Shown: in pieces, positions 50,152 to 57,939 of the stretch
How positions within the stretch are numbered: the first letter of the stretch is position 1
Layout: each line of letters starts with the position of its first letter
Assembly: GCA_963748015.1 (NCBI GenBank)
Contig: CAVVHE010000009.1
Location: 416,001-480,000 of the forward strand
DNA: 64,000 bases
Reading direction: 5' to 3'
Source: Terriglobia bacterium
GTDB taxonomy: Bacteria; Acidobacteriota; Polarisedimenticolia; Polarisedimenticolales; JAIQFR01
Position numbers and translations under genes: made by a program
The notes under the pieces: generated by a model
Told to the model about the DNA's origin: nothing
Seen by the model: the letters and a program-made list of their open reading frames with translations, nothing else
Database searches by the model: none

Positions 50152-50556
50152 TCATGTCCCAGAGAATTCTCCGATCGAGACGGCGAGCTTCGGAAACGCG
50201 GCGAGGACCTCGGCGTCCGAGGTGACGAGCGGGACGCCGAGCTGCTCGGCGAGGGCCACGAACTCGCAGTCGTAGGCCGAGCACCGGGACGCCGCGGCGA
50301 GTGCGAGCACACGCTCGGACTCGACGAGGTACTCCGACCCCGCGAGAAGCGTCTCGGCCTCCCGCATCACGAGAAGAGCGTCCGCGAGGGCCAGCCGCTT
50401 GCGCCTGAGGTGCGCGGCGAGCACGCTGCGAAACTCGCTGCGCCAAAGCAGGGGCGCCGCCCACGCGGGGTCCTTCAGGAACGCCGCGCGCGCCTGGGGG
50501 GTCGCGTCGCCGCCCAGCAGCAGGTACGCGAGGGCGTTAGTGTCCACGACGATCAC
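50152..50556 (-). CDS. vapC: PIN-domain (VapC/FitB) toxin
   Basis: IVVDTN, WRSEF, SAYDCEFVALA, LVTSD. Confidence 0.9.
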   Translation of the reverse strand: MIVVDTNALAYLLLGGDATPQARAAFLKDPAWAAPLLWRSEFRSVLAAHLRRKRLALADALLVMREAETLLAGSEYLVESERVLALAAASRCSAYDCEFVALAEQLGVPLVTSDAEVLAAFPKLAVSIGEFSGT

Positions 50557-50796
50557 GGCCGCCCCGCCTCCCTGGCCTTTTTCAGGGTCCTCGCGGTGAA
50601 CGGCGGCAGCGCCAGCCGCTCGCGCAGGGCGTCGGCCCTCGCCAGGAACTCCGCGGGATCCACCGGCCGCGCCGCCGAGCGAGGTCTCCAGCCGCTCGAG
50701 GATCTCGCTGTTGAGGCTCCGCCGCTGTGCCGCCGCGATCCGCTTCAACCGCGCATAGAGCGGGCCCGGGATGTTCTTGAGGGTCAGGGTCGGCAT
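50553..50796 (-). pseudogene. FitA/Arc-like RHH antitoxin with a +1 frameshift near 50670 (possible sequencing error)
   Basis: MPTLTLKNIP..LY.RLK..A....RSLNSEI; tail VDPAEFLARADALRER...GRP* in shifted frame with GTGA overlap on the toxin start; span 244 nt = 3n+1. Confidence 0.75.
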
Positions 50797-50813
50797 GGTC
50801 CCGTGCTCTCCGG

Positions 50814-50834
50814 ATGGTTCCAAAATGGAACCAT
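50814..50834. promoter_or_regulatory. Palindromic operator upstream of the FitAB-like pair
   Basis: ATGGTTCC-AAAAT-GGAACCAT perfect IR 17 nt upstream of the antitoxin ATG. Confidence 0.7.
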
Positions 50835-51113
50835 TCCGGAGTCTACCGCTGCCCGCCAGTCCGGTCAACCGCGGCATGTTGGCTCTCGGGAGGAGGGCCC
50901 GCTGTGTGTCGCCGCCTGCGCGGCGGACGCCCGGGAGGGACCGTTCGAAATGTAGTTTTCCGGGATCCCAGCCGCCAGGGGAAGCACCGAATCATGGGAA
51001 GCTCTATTGCGGTGGCGCAACGACGGGGAATCCCGCTGTAGCATTCCCCCTTCAGGGCCGTTCCCGGCTGCGTCGCCAGGCGAAGCGAAACCTCGAGCCC
51101 GACCGGAGGCCCC

Positions 51114-52415
51114 ATGAACCGCAAGTGCCGCGTGTACCTCGCCGGCCCGATCTCGGGCTGCAACGACGACCAGCGCCGCCGGTGGCGCGACAAGTTCAAG
51201 AGCATGTTCGGCCGCGAGGTGGGGTTCGAGGACCCGGCGTCGTGGGGGGACAACTGGGAGCCCGAGCGGGAAGTCGGCGCGCTCGAGATCAGCGACGTGG
51301 TGGTCGCGAACATGTGGCGCGAGTCGATCGGGACCACGATCGGCGTCATCCACGCGCGCCTGCGCGGGATCCCCGTCGTCCTCGTGGACCCGAACTACCT
51401 CAAGAACCGGATCGTCCAGGGCTGGATCGCGCCCGAGACCCCCGTCCACTCGCTGGACGAGGCCAAGGCGCGGGTCCAGGCCATCCTGGCGACCCTCGAG
51501 CCGGTCCGCGAGGTGGTCAAGAAGAACGGGACCACCGTGCCGTTCTCGCGGCAGAAGCTCGTCCGCTCGATCCGCACCGCCTGCGCCGCCGCCGGCGTCG
51601 AGGATCCGTACCTCCCCACGCTCCTCGTCAACGACGTGATGCGGCGGCTGCGGCCGGAGCCCGGGAGCGCCGCCGTCAGGACCGAGGACGTCAAGGAGGC
51701 GATCCACCGCACCCTCGACGAGGTCGGGCGGAGCACGATCTACCGGCGCACGATGAAGGACGAGGCGGCGGCCGTGCGCGAGGCGTGGAAGAAGCGCGAG
51801 GAGTACAAGACCGCCGAGGAGCTGTTCGACGAGGCGGTCTCGCGCGTCAAGGCGCTCGAGGCCGAGAACGAATTGCTCCGCGCGAACCAGTCCGCGATGG
51901 CGGCCGCTGTTCCCGCCGCGGAGCCTCCCGCCGAGCCCCCGCACGCGAAGTGGACGTGCCTCGCCGACGCCGTCCGCGCGGCGGAGGGGCAGTTCGGGGC
52001 CGAGCTGGAGTTCCTCCCGCGGGCGCTGCGCTCCGCCGAGGACTCCCCGTTCGCCCAGCCCGCCCGCGCGTTCCAGGCCCTCAAGGCGCTCGCCGCCTGC
52101 GCTCGCGACCGGAGGGCCGCCCGCTCCACCGGCCGCCAGGTCCCCGGCATGCGAACTTGGTTCGCGCGGCACCGGTCGGCGGCCCCCTGGCTCGAGTACA
52201 AGGCCGGCGAGAGCGAGGTGACCATGAACAAGTGGGGCGACGAGCGCGAGTTCACCCACGACGGCCGCAAGGTCGAGATGCAGCAGCACCTCGCCATCGG
52301 CGCCGGCAAGCCCGAAAGCACGCTCCGGATCTACTTCTGCCCCCACCCCGACCCCGCGCGGGCGGAGTTCCTGATCGGGCACGTGGGGCGGCATCCCAGG
52401 AATACGAAGAAGTAG
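51114..52415 (+). CDS. Multidomain protein: NDT-like domain + ATP-cone + coiled coil + RelE-like C-terminal domain
   Basis: VYLAGPISG..WR, SDVVVA, SIGT..G...A...GIPVVLV; VVKKNG..VPFS.QKL..SI..A...VRTEDV; heptads; HL.IG.....TLRIYF....FLIGHVGRHP. Confidence 0.8.
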   Translation: MNRKCRVYLAGPISGCNDDQRRRWRDKFKSMFGREVGFEDPASWGDNWEPEREVGALEISDVVVANMWRESIGTTIGVIHARLRGIPVVLVDPNYLKNRIVQGWIAPETPVHSLDEAKARVQAILATLEPVREVVKKNGTTVPFSRQKLVRSIRTACAAAGVEDPYLPTLLVNDVMRRLRPEPGSAAVRTEDVKEAIHRTLDEVGRSTIYRRTMKDEAAAVREAWKKREEYKTAEELFDEAVSRVKALEAENELLRANQSAMAAAVPAAEPPAEPPHAKWTCLADAVRAAEGQFGAELEFLPRALRSAEDSPFAQPARAFQALKALAACARDRRAARSTGRQVPGMRTWFARHRSAAPWLEYKAGESEVTMNKWGDEREFTHDGRKVEMQQHLAIGAGKPESTLRIYFCPHPDPARAEFLIGHVGRHPRNTKK

Positions 52416-52519
52416 GGCGGAGGGCAAGAAGCCGGTGGGAAGAGGTACGAGCCGCGCCCGACGATGAACGACGATCCGTCGCTGATGGGACCCGGCGACG
52501 AATCCGCGGAGGGACGACT

Positions 52520-53593
52520 CTATCGCGCCCCGGCGGCAAGGACTTCACGCCAACCCGTTAAGAGACGCTCGTAGGTCTTTCCGCCTGCCCACACACGCCC
52601 GCCGGCTCTTTCGACCTGGCCAAACGCCCACGACGCGATTTGTACGGACGCGTCGAGATCATGGGGAGCGCGGATCCGCGAGAACTCCGCTTCTAGGGTC
52701 GGACGGTGATCTTCGTTCCTCCGCACCCAACGCTCCAAGAACGCGATCTGCGGCAGGAAGTCGCTCTTTTGCGCGTTGCATGAAGTGTCGGCTAGCACGA
52801 AGTTGTGCGCGAGGTCGACAGGGTAACGGCTCCAGGGCACCAGATGGTCCACCGGCGCGTCGCGCGAAAGCGTGCGCGCGCAATAGAAGCACTCGCCTTT
52901 CTGGGTTTCGCGTAGCACGGGCCGGATGTCCCCGAGGGTCGAGCGCTCGGTACCGAACAGGAACTCGTGAAGGTCCGTCGCCTGTCCGAGCAATTCCTGA
53001 TTCGCCTTCAGTTTGCGGACGAAGTCCGCCCAGGCGGCGCGTGCCATGCCGGTGACCAGAGGGTGGAATCGCCGAAGATTGAACGCGACACCCGATTTGA
53101 GCGTGATGGAGCGGCCACGACCCTTGTTGTCGTAGAGAAAATCCAGCAATCGCCCGGGCAGGCGTTGAAGCTTCCAGAGTGGCTGATTGCTCGTGCGGGC
53201 TGCGACGAAGGAAACCAGTGATCGCCATTCTCTCGCGTTGCGGCGAACTTCCACCTCGTATCGCGACACGCTCTCCCTGACTTCGAGCACCCGGTGCAGA
53301 ATCGCCGCGGTATTTCCCGTGTTCTGCGCCAGGACGCCGGGCGCCGTTCTCCGACCCGCCGGCGTCCACGGAACGACCTGATCCCAGTAGAGTGAGACGA
53401 ATCTCTCCGCGATGCGACTCACCGGGACCTCGAGAGGCTCGCCGCTGTCGTTCCCCGTCTCGACGGCGATGTCCGCGAGCGCGACGAGCAACGCGAACTT
53501 GTACGTCGCGGTGAACTGACCCTCGTTGAGGAGTGTCTGAAAATTCTCGAGGAACCGGATCTGTTCCTCGGGGGTCGGCGGCGAGTGCGTCAT
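52520..53593 (-). CDS. HNH endonuclease with large N-terminal domain
   Basis: F.ATYKFALL.AL, CFYC, VDHLVPWS, HNFVLA...CN..KSD; lower GC than flanks. Confidence 0.88.
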   Translation of the reverse strand: MTHSPPTPEEQIRFLENFQTLLNEGQFTATYKFALLVALADIAVETGNDSGEPLEVPVSRIAERFVSLYWDQVVPWTPAGRRTAPGVLAQNTGNTAAILHRVLEVRESVSRYEVEVRRNAREWRSLVSFVAARTSNQPLWKLQRLPGRLLDFLYDNKGRGRSITLKSGVAFNLRRFHPLVTGMARAAWADFVRKLKANQELLGQATDLHEFLFGTERSTLGDIRPVLRETQKGECFYCARTLSRDAPVDHLVPWSRYPVDLAHNFVLADTSCNAQKSDFLPQIAFLERWVRRNEDHRPTLEAEFSRIRAPHDLDASVQIASWAFGQVERAGGRVWAGGKTYERLLTGWREVLAAGAR

Positions 53594-53976
53594 CGCTTGG
53601 TCCAGTAATCCGCCTTGTGGGGCAGGATCCACCTTACGCCACCGCGGGGATCGTCGCGGTCTCCCTTGAAGCGCGGAACGAGGTGAACGTGCAGATGTGG
53701 AACCGTCTGGCCAGCGGCGGGCCCGTCGTTGACTCCGATGTTGTAGCCGTCGGGGCGATGATCGAGCTCGACGATTCGCTTCGCCTGCTCGAGGGCCGAG
53801 AGGAGAGCCGACCTCTCCGCGAGCGTCGTCTCGAAGAACGACGCGACGTGCCGGCGGGGGATCACGAGAGCGTGCCCGGGCGAGATCGGGAATCCGTCGC
53901 GCAGCACGAAGACGAGGTCGTCCTCGTACAGCACGCGGGCGCGGTCGGGCTCGCAGAAGGGACAACGGTCGCTCAA
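53590..53976 (-). CDS. HIT family protein
   Basis: CPFC, DGFPISPGH.L.IP.RH, GYNIGVN.G.AAGQTVPHLHVHLVPR; ATGA-type overlap with the HNH gene. Confidence 0.93.
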   Translation of the reverse strand: MSDRCPFCEPDRARVLYEDDLVFVLRDGFPISPGHALVIPRRHVASFFETTLAERSALLSALEQAKRIVELDHRPDGYNIGVNDGPAAGQTVPHLHVHLVPRFKGDRDDPRGGVRWILPHKADYWTKR

Positions 53977-54324
53977 CGACGGGACCTCTTCGGCCAGCGA
54001 GAGGCGTAATCTACCACTATCGGCGCTCCGTTCTAGCTGCGAACGCTGGCATGATCGGCAGTTCCTCACGGGCCTCGATATGACACACTCCCCCCTAGCC
54101 TCCACCTCCCGCCGGCAGTAAACTCTCCTCGACATCCGGAGCGGCCCGCGGGTGCGGGCCCGGCAACCTGGGACGGACATCCCAAGGTGCCTTCCCGGAA
54201 CCGGACTCGGGGCGACCCGGGGACGGGGACGGGAGATGTGGTCCCGGCGAGGCGCCGGGGCAACCAAGTGTCCGGCGCGGGAGACCGCGCGCGCCGGGTG
54301 TCTTCTTCGAGAGGAGAAGACGCC

Positions 54325-54893
54325 ATGGGCCCCGAGAACCCCACCGAACCGTTCACGTCACTCCAAGCCGCGAGGAAGAGCGCGATGCGCAAGGTCGTCG
54401 TGCCCGGGCCGCCGCACCCGAGCCTGCTCTGGGAACCTCCGGACGACGGTTCCCGAGTGGAGGCTCCCGCGCCCGATTTTCGAGGCCCTCGCGCTGTCCG
54501 TCCTGGAGCGCATCGAGAGCGCCGCGCACGCCCGGCGGCTCGGCGTGGTCCGCGCGACGTGGCGGCCGACCGGCGCGCGCGCGCCGCTCGTCGTCGAGGC
54601 GCTTCCGCACGTCTCGCTTCGCGAAGGCGCGACCCCGCCAGGCGCGCTGGCCGAGTTGCCGGCGCCGGACGAGGCCGAGGCTCGACTGGGACTGGGCCAA
54701 GGGGAAGCTCGACAGCTCGCATCCGCGGCGCTGCACGGCGAGCTGCGGCTGATGGTCCATGGCCCCGCGCCCGGGATCTGCGAGGGGGACCTCGCCTTCG
54801 CGGCCCGTGCTGCACGCCGGGAAGAGCCTCGAGGTCGACTACCTCGCCAGGCTGTTCGTCCACGAGGAGGAGGCCGCCCCGTGGATCCTCTGA
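54325..54893 (+). pseudogene. Hypothetical protein interrupted by apparent frameshifts
   Basis: GAGGAG RBS and ATG 54325; protein-like segments in successive frames ending KSLEVDYLARLFVHEEEAAPWIL*. Confidence 0.4.
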
Positions 54894-55115
54894 CGCCGGG
54901 AGCCTCATCGGACCACCACCTCTGGCGCAACGGACGGTACTGGTGGATCGCGTTCACGGTCCACTTCCCGAACTGGACCAAGGAGCGGGTGAGGATCTCG
55001 CTCGGCACGGACGATCATCGAGGAGGCGCGTCGGCGCCGCGACAGCGTCCTGTGCGACTACCCGCGCCAGCGCGGCTGCACGCTGTCGCTGCGCTTCGCG
55101 CCCGGTTCCCGCTGA
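54881..55115 (+). pseudogene. Small AP2/integrase-arm-like DNA-binding protein with +1 frameshift near 55015
   Basis: AGGAGG RBS; HHLWRNGRYWWIAFTVH....KERVRISLGTDD / IEEARRRRD; span 235 nt = 3n+1. Confidence 0.5.
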
Positions 55116-55375
55116 GCGGCCCGCGCCGCCGGTGACGGGCCGCATGCCCGCGATCGGCCGGTCAGGTGAAGCGCCGTGGAGCGGGAACGTAATGGACGAT
55201 CGCGAGGGACGTCGTCGGCGCCCGGACGCCTCCCGCGCCGAGCGGAGGATCACGATGCAAGACAGAAGGGTCTGGACACCGACCTCGACGCCGAGATCGC
55301 GACGACGAGGAGAAGGAAGGCGCGACGAAGAGTACGACGAGAACCGGATGCTACGACGACGACGGCTTCCCGATC

Positions 55376-55726
55376 GTGAGGGAGATGCCGCCGCCGGCGC
55401 CCGTGGTCCTGCCGCGAGTCGCGGACTGGCAGAAGTTCGGCGAGACGCGCCCGTACGAGTTCATCCCGGCGGACTTCTTCTACATCGCGGCCGCGGTCGT
55501 GAAGGAATTCGGTCCCAGGCTGCGCGACCTGAACGCGTACCAGTGGGAGAACCTGTACGGGTTCCTCGCGCGCCACTACGAGAGGGCCGGTGTGGACGAC
55601 ATCGTGAACGCCTCCCTCAGCGGCATACGGGACCACGTCGAGACCGGCCTGCCGGTCTCCCTCACGGTGCTGCTGGGCGAGTGGCCGCGGGGGAAGAAGA
55701 CCGACTGCTCGGGTGGGAAAAACTAG
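55376..55726 (+). CDS. Hypothetical protein (true start probably upstream near 55254, frameshifted acidic N-terminus)
   Basis: Strong codon bias over 55376-55726; GGAGG RBS before ATG 55254. Confidence 0.55.
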   Translation: MREMPPPAPVVLPRVADWQKFGETRPYEFIPADFFYIAAAVVKEFGPRLRDLNAYQWENLYGFLARHYERAGVDDIVNASLSGIRDHVETGLPVSLTVLLGEWPRGKKTDCSGGKN

Positions 55727-55824
55727 CGCCGGAACGGCTAGGCGGGAGCGGCGCGTACGGCTTCCCGCGATAGACTCTGCCCTCGGTTCTCTCCCGCGCC
55801 CCGTGGCGCGCGACAGGAGCCCGC

Positions 55825-56655
55825 ATGGCCCTCATGCCCCGCGACCTTGCCGCCCGCCGCGGCCGCGAGACGGTGGAGATCCTGGAAGCTCGCGGCTACA
55901 TCGCACCGTCGGGGAAACGGGTGGACCTCGCCGCCGCGCTGGATCGCGCGGTTCGCGGGACCGAGACGTACCCTCCGGAGCGCGGCGCACCAGCGCCTGG
56001 GACGAGGCATGGCGCCGCCGCCATCACGGTCGAGAACGACGTCGTCCTGGACGTCGCCGCCCGCCTCGCGCGCCACGGCCGGGTGGTCGCGCTCAACTTC
56101 GCGTCGGCGACCAGTCCCGGCGGCGGGTTCCTCACCGGCGCCCGCGCCCAGGAGGAGTCGATCGCTCGGTCCTCGGGTCTCTACGCCTGCCTCGAAGGCA
56201 ACCCGATGTACGACCACCATCGCGGCCGGCTCGATGCGATGTACTCGGATTACGTCATCTACTCGCCGGACGTGCCGGTGTTCCGAACGGACGGCGGCGA
56301 CCTGCTCGAGGAGCCCTATTCCTGCTCCATCCTCACTTCACCGGCGCCGCAGGCCTACGCACTCCGCAAATATCAGCCGGAGCGCCTCCCCCGGATCGAG
56401 GCGGCGCTCCGCTCCCGCATCGCGAAGGTCCTCGCGGCCGGCGCGGCGCACGGCCACGACACGATCATCCTCGGCGCCTGGGGTTGCGGCGCATTCGGCA
56501 ACGACCCCGAGCTGGTGGCGCGGCTCTTCGACGAGGCGATCTCCGGGAACTTCCTCGGTGTGTATCGCGAGATCGTGTTCGCGATCCTGGACCTCTGGCC
56601 GGACAGGCGGACCATCGGGCCGTTCGAGCGGAGGTTCGGCGCGGCGGCGAGCTGA
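55825..56655 (+). CDS. TIGR02452/DUF2263 family macrodomain (bacterial PARG-like ADP-ribose hydrolase)
   Basis: LNFASA..PGGGFL.GA.AQEE.IARSS.LY, IYSP.VPVFR, ILGAWGCGAFGNDP. Confidence 0.92.
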   Translation: MALMPRDLAARRGRETVEILEARGYIAPSGKRVDLAAALDRAVRGTETYPPERGAPAPGTRHGAAAITVENDVVLDVAARLARHGRVVALNFASATSPGGGFLTGARAQEESIARSSGLYACLEGNPMYDHHRGRLDAMYSDYVIYSPDVPVFRTDGGDLLEEPYSCSILTSPAPQAYALRKYQPERLPRIEAALRSRIAKVLAAGAAHGHDTIILGAWGCGAFGNDPELVARLFDEAISGNFLGVYREIVFAILDLWPDRRTIGPFERRFGAAAS

Positions 56656-56702
56656 GCGGCGGCCCGGCCGGCCGCCATAGGAAATTCGGAACAGGGGGCA
56701 CG

Positions 56703-57515
56703 ATGGCTTCCACCTTCAAGCAGAAGACCTGGCGCATCCTGAACGCCCCACACTCGGGCTGGGACCTCACCCGGTTCATCAATCTCGGGCTCGTCGCGCT
56801 GATCCTCGCGAACGTCTTTGCGTTCGCGCTGGGGACGATCCCGGGAATCGCCAAGCGGTATGAGACGCTTCTCTGGAACTTCGAGGTCTTCTCGGTCCTC
56901 GTGTTTTCGGTCGAGTACCTGATTCGCTTCTGGGCCTGCACCGCCGACGAGGCGTTCCGCCGCCCGATCCTCGGCAGGCTCCGCTACGCGCTGACCCCTC
57001 TGGCGCTCATCGACCTGGTCGCGATCCTTCCCTTCTACCTTCCGTGGCTGGGGCTCGACCTTCGAGAGCTTCGAGTCATGAGGCTGGGCCGTCTGTTCCG
57101 CATGCTCAAGCTCGGCCGCTACTCGGAGTCGCTGCACACGGTGGGCCGGGTGTTTCGAAACAAGCGCCCCGAGCTGGTGGCGGCCGTGTTCGTCATGTTC
57201 CTGATCATCGTCGTGGCGGCCTCGCTGCTGCACTTCGCCGAGGGCGAGGCTCAACCGCTCCACTACGGCACGTTCCCCGACAGCATGTGGTGGGCCGCAG
57301 AGACGATGACGACGGTGGGGTACGGGGACGTCGTGCCGAAGACCCCGCTCGGGAAGGTCCTGGCCAGCGTCATCGCGATCGTGGGGATCGGCATGTTCGC
57401 GCTGCCGACGGCGATCCTGGGCGCCGGGTTCCTCGAGGAGGCCAACCGGCGCAGGGACCAGCGGACCCACGTGGGAGGAACCTGCCCGCACTGCGGCCGC
57501 AAGATCGAGAGTTGA
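56703..57515 (+). CDS. 6-TM voltage-gated-type potassium channel / ion transporter
   Basis: S4-like LRELRVMRLGRLFRMLKLGR; WWA..TMTTVGYGD..P; C-terminal CPHCG. Confidence 0.93.
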   Translation: MASTFKQKTWRILNAPHSGWDLTRFINLGLVALILANVFAFALGTIPGIAKRYETLLWNFEVFSVLVFSVEYLIRFWACTADEAFRRPILGRLRYALTPLALIDLVAILPFYLPWLGLDLRELRVMRLGRLFRMLKLGRYSESLHTVGRVFRNKRPELVAAVFVMFLIIVVAASLLHFAEGEAQPLHYGTFPDSMWWAAETMTTVGYGDVVPKTPLGKVLASVIAIVGIGMFALPTAILGAGFLEEANRRRDQRTHVGGTCPHCGRKIES

Positions 57516-57939
57516 ACCGCGCGCAGGAGCCGGAAGGAGCGGGAGGGACGGCAACGGGGCACCGGTCGCCGTCCCTCTCGCGCGGTTATCGGCTCTGTTC
57601 TCGATGCAGGACCCACATCCTGACCACCCGGTGGGTGGCGACCGCCAGCAGGCGGCGCGCGAGACCGTACTCGCGGGAGTCGTCGATGTAGGGGGCGAGA
57701 CACCAGAGGATGACGTCGAGCACACCGTTGACGAGCACCCAGTAGGCGTACAGGTTGAACTGCAGAAACGACTCGCCCATCCTCGCTCCCCTTGACTCAG
57801 ATGTACGCCGAACACACTGCGGGAGCTAGACAAATCGCCGCGTGAAACGCGCGGCCGGGCGCGGCGCGCGAACGGTTCCGCAAGGGCCGCCGCTCGCGGC
57901 GCGGTTGGCGTTATTATTCGGGTTTTCGGGGGTGCCGCG

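Noticed and set aside
57586..57780. 64-aa hydrophobic ORF
   Set aside because: Has a plausible RBS but is short with no recognisable motif; cannot be supported
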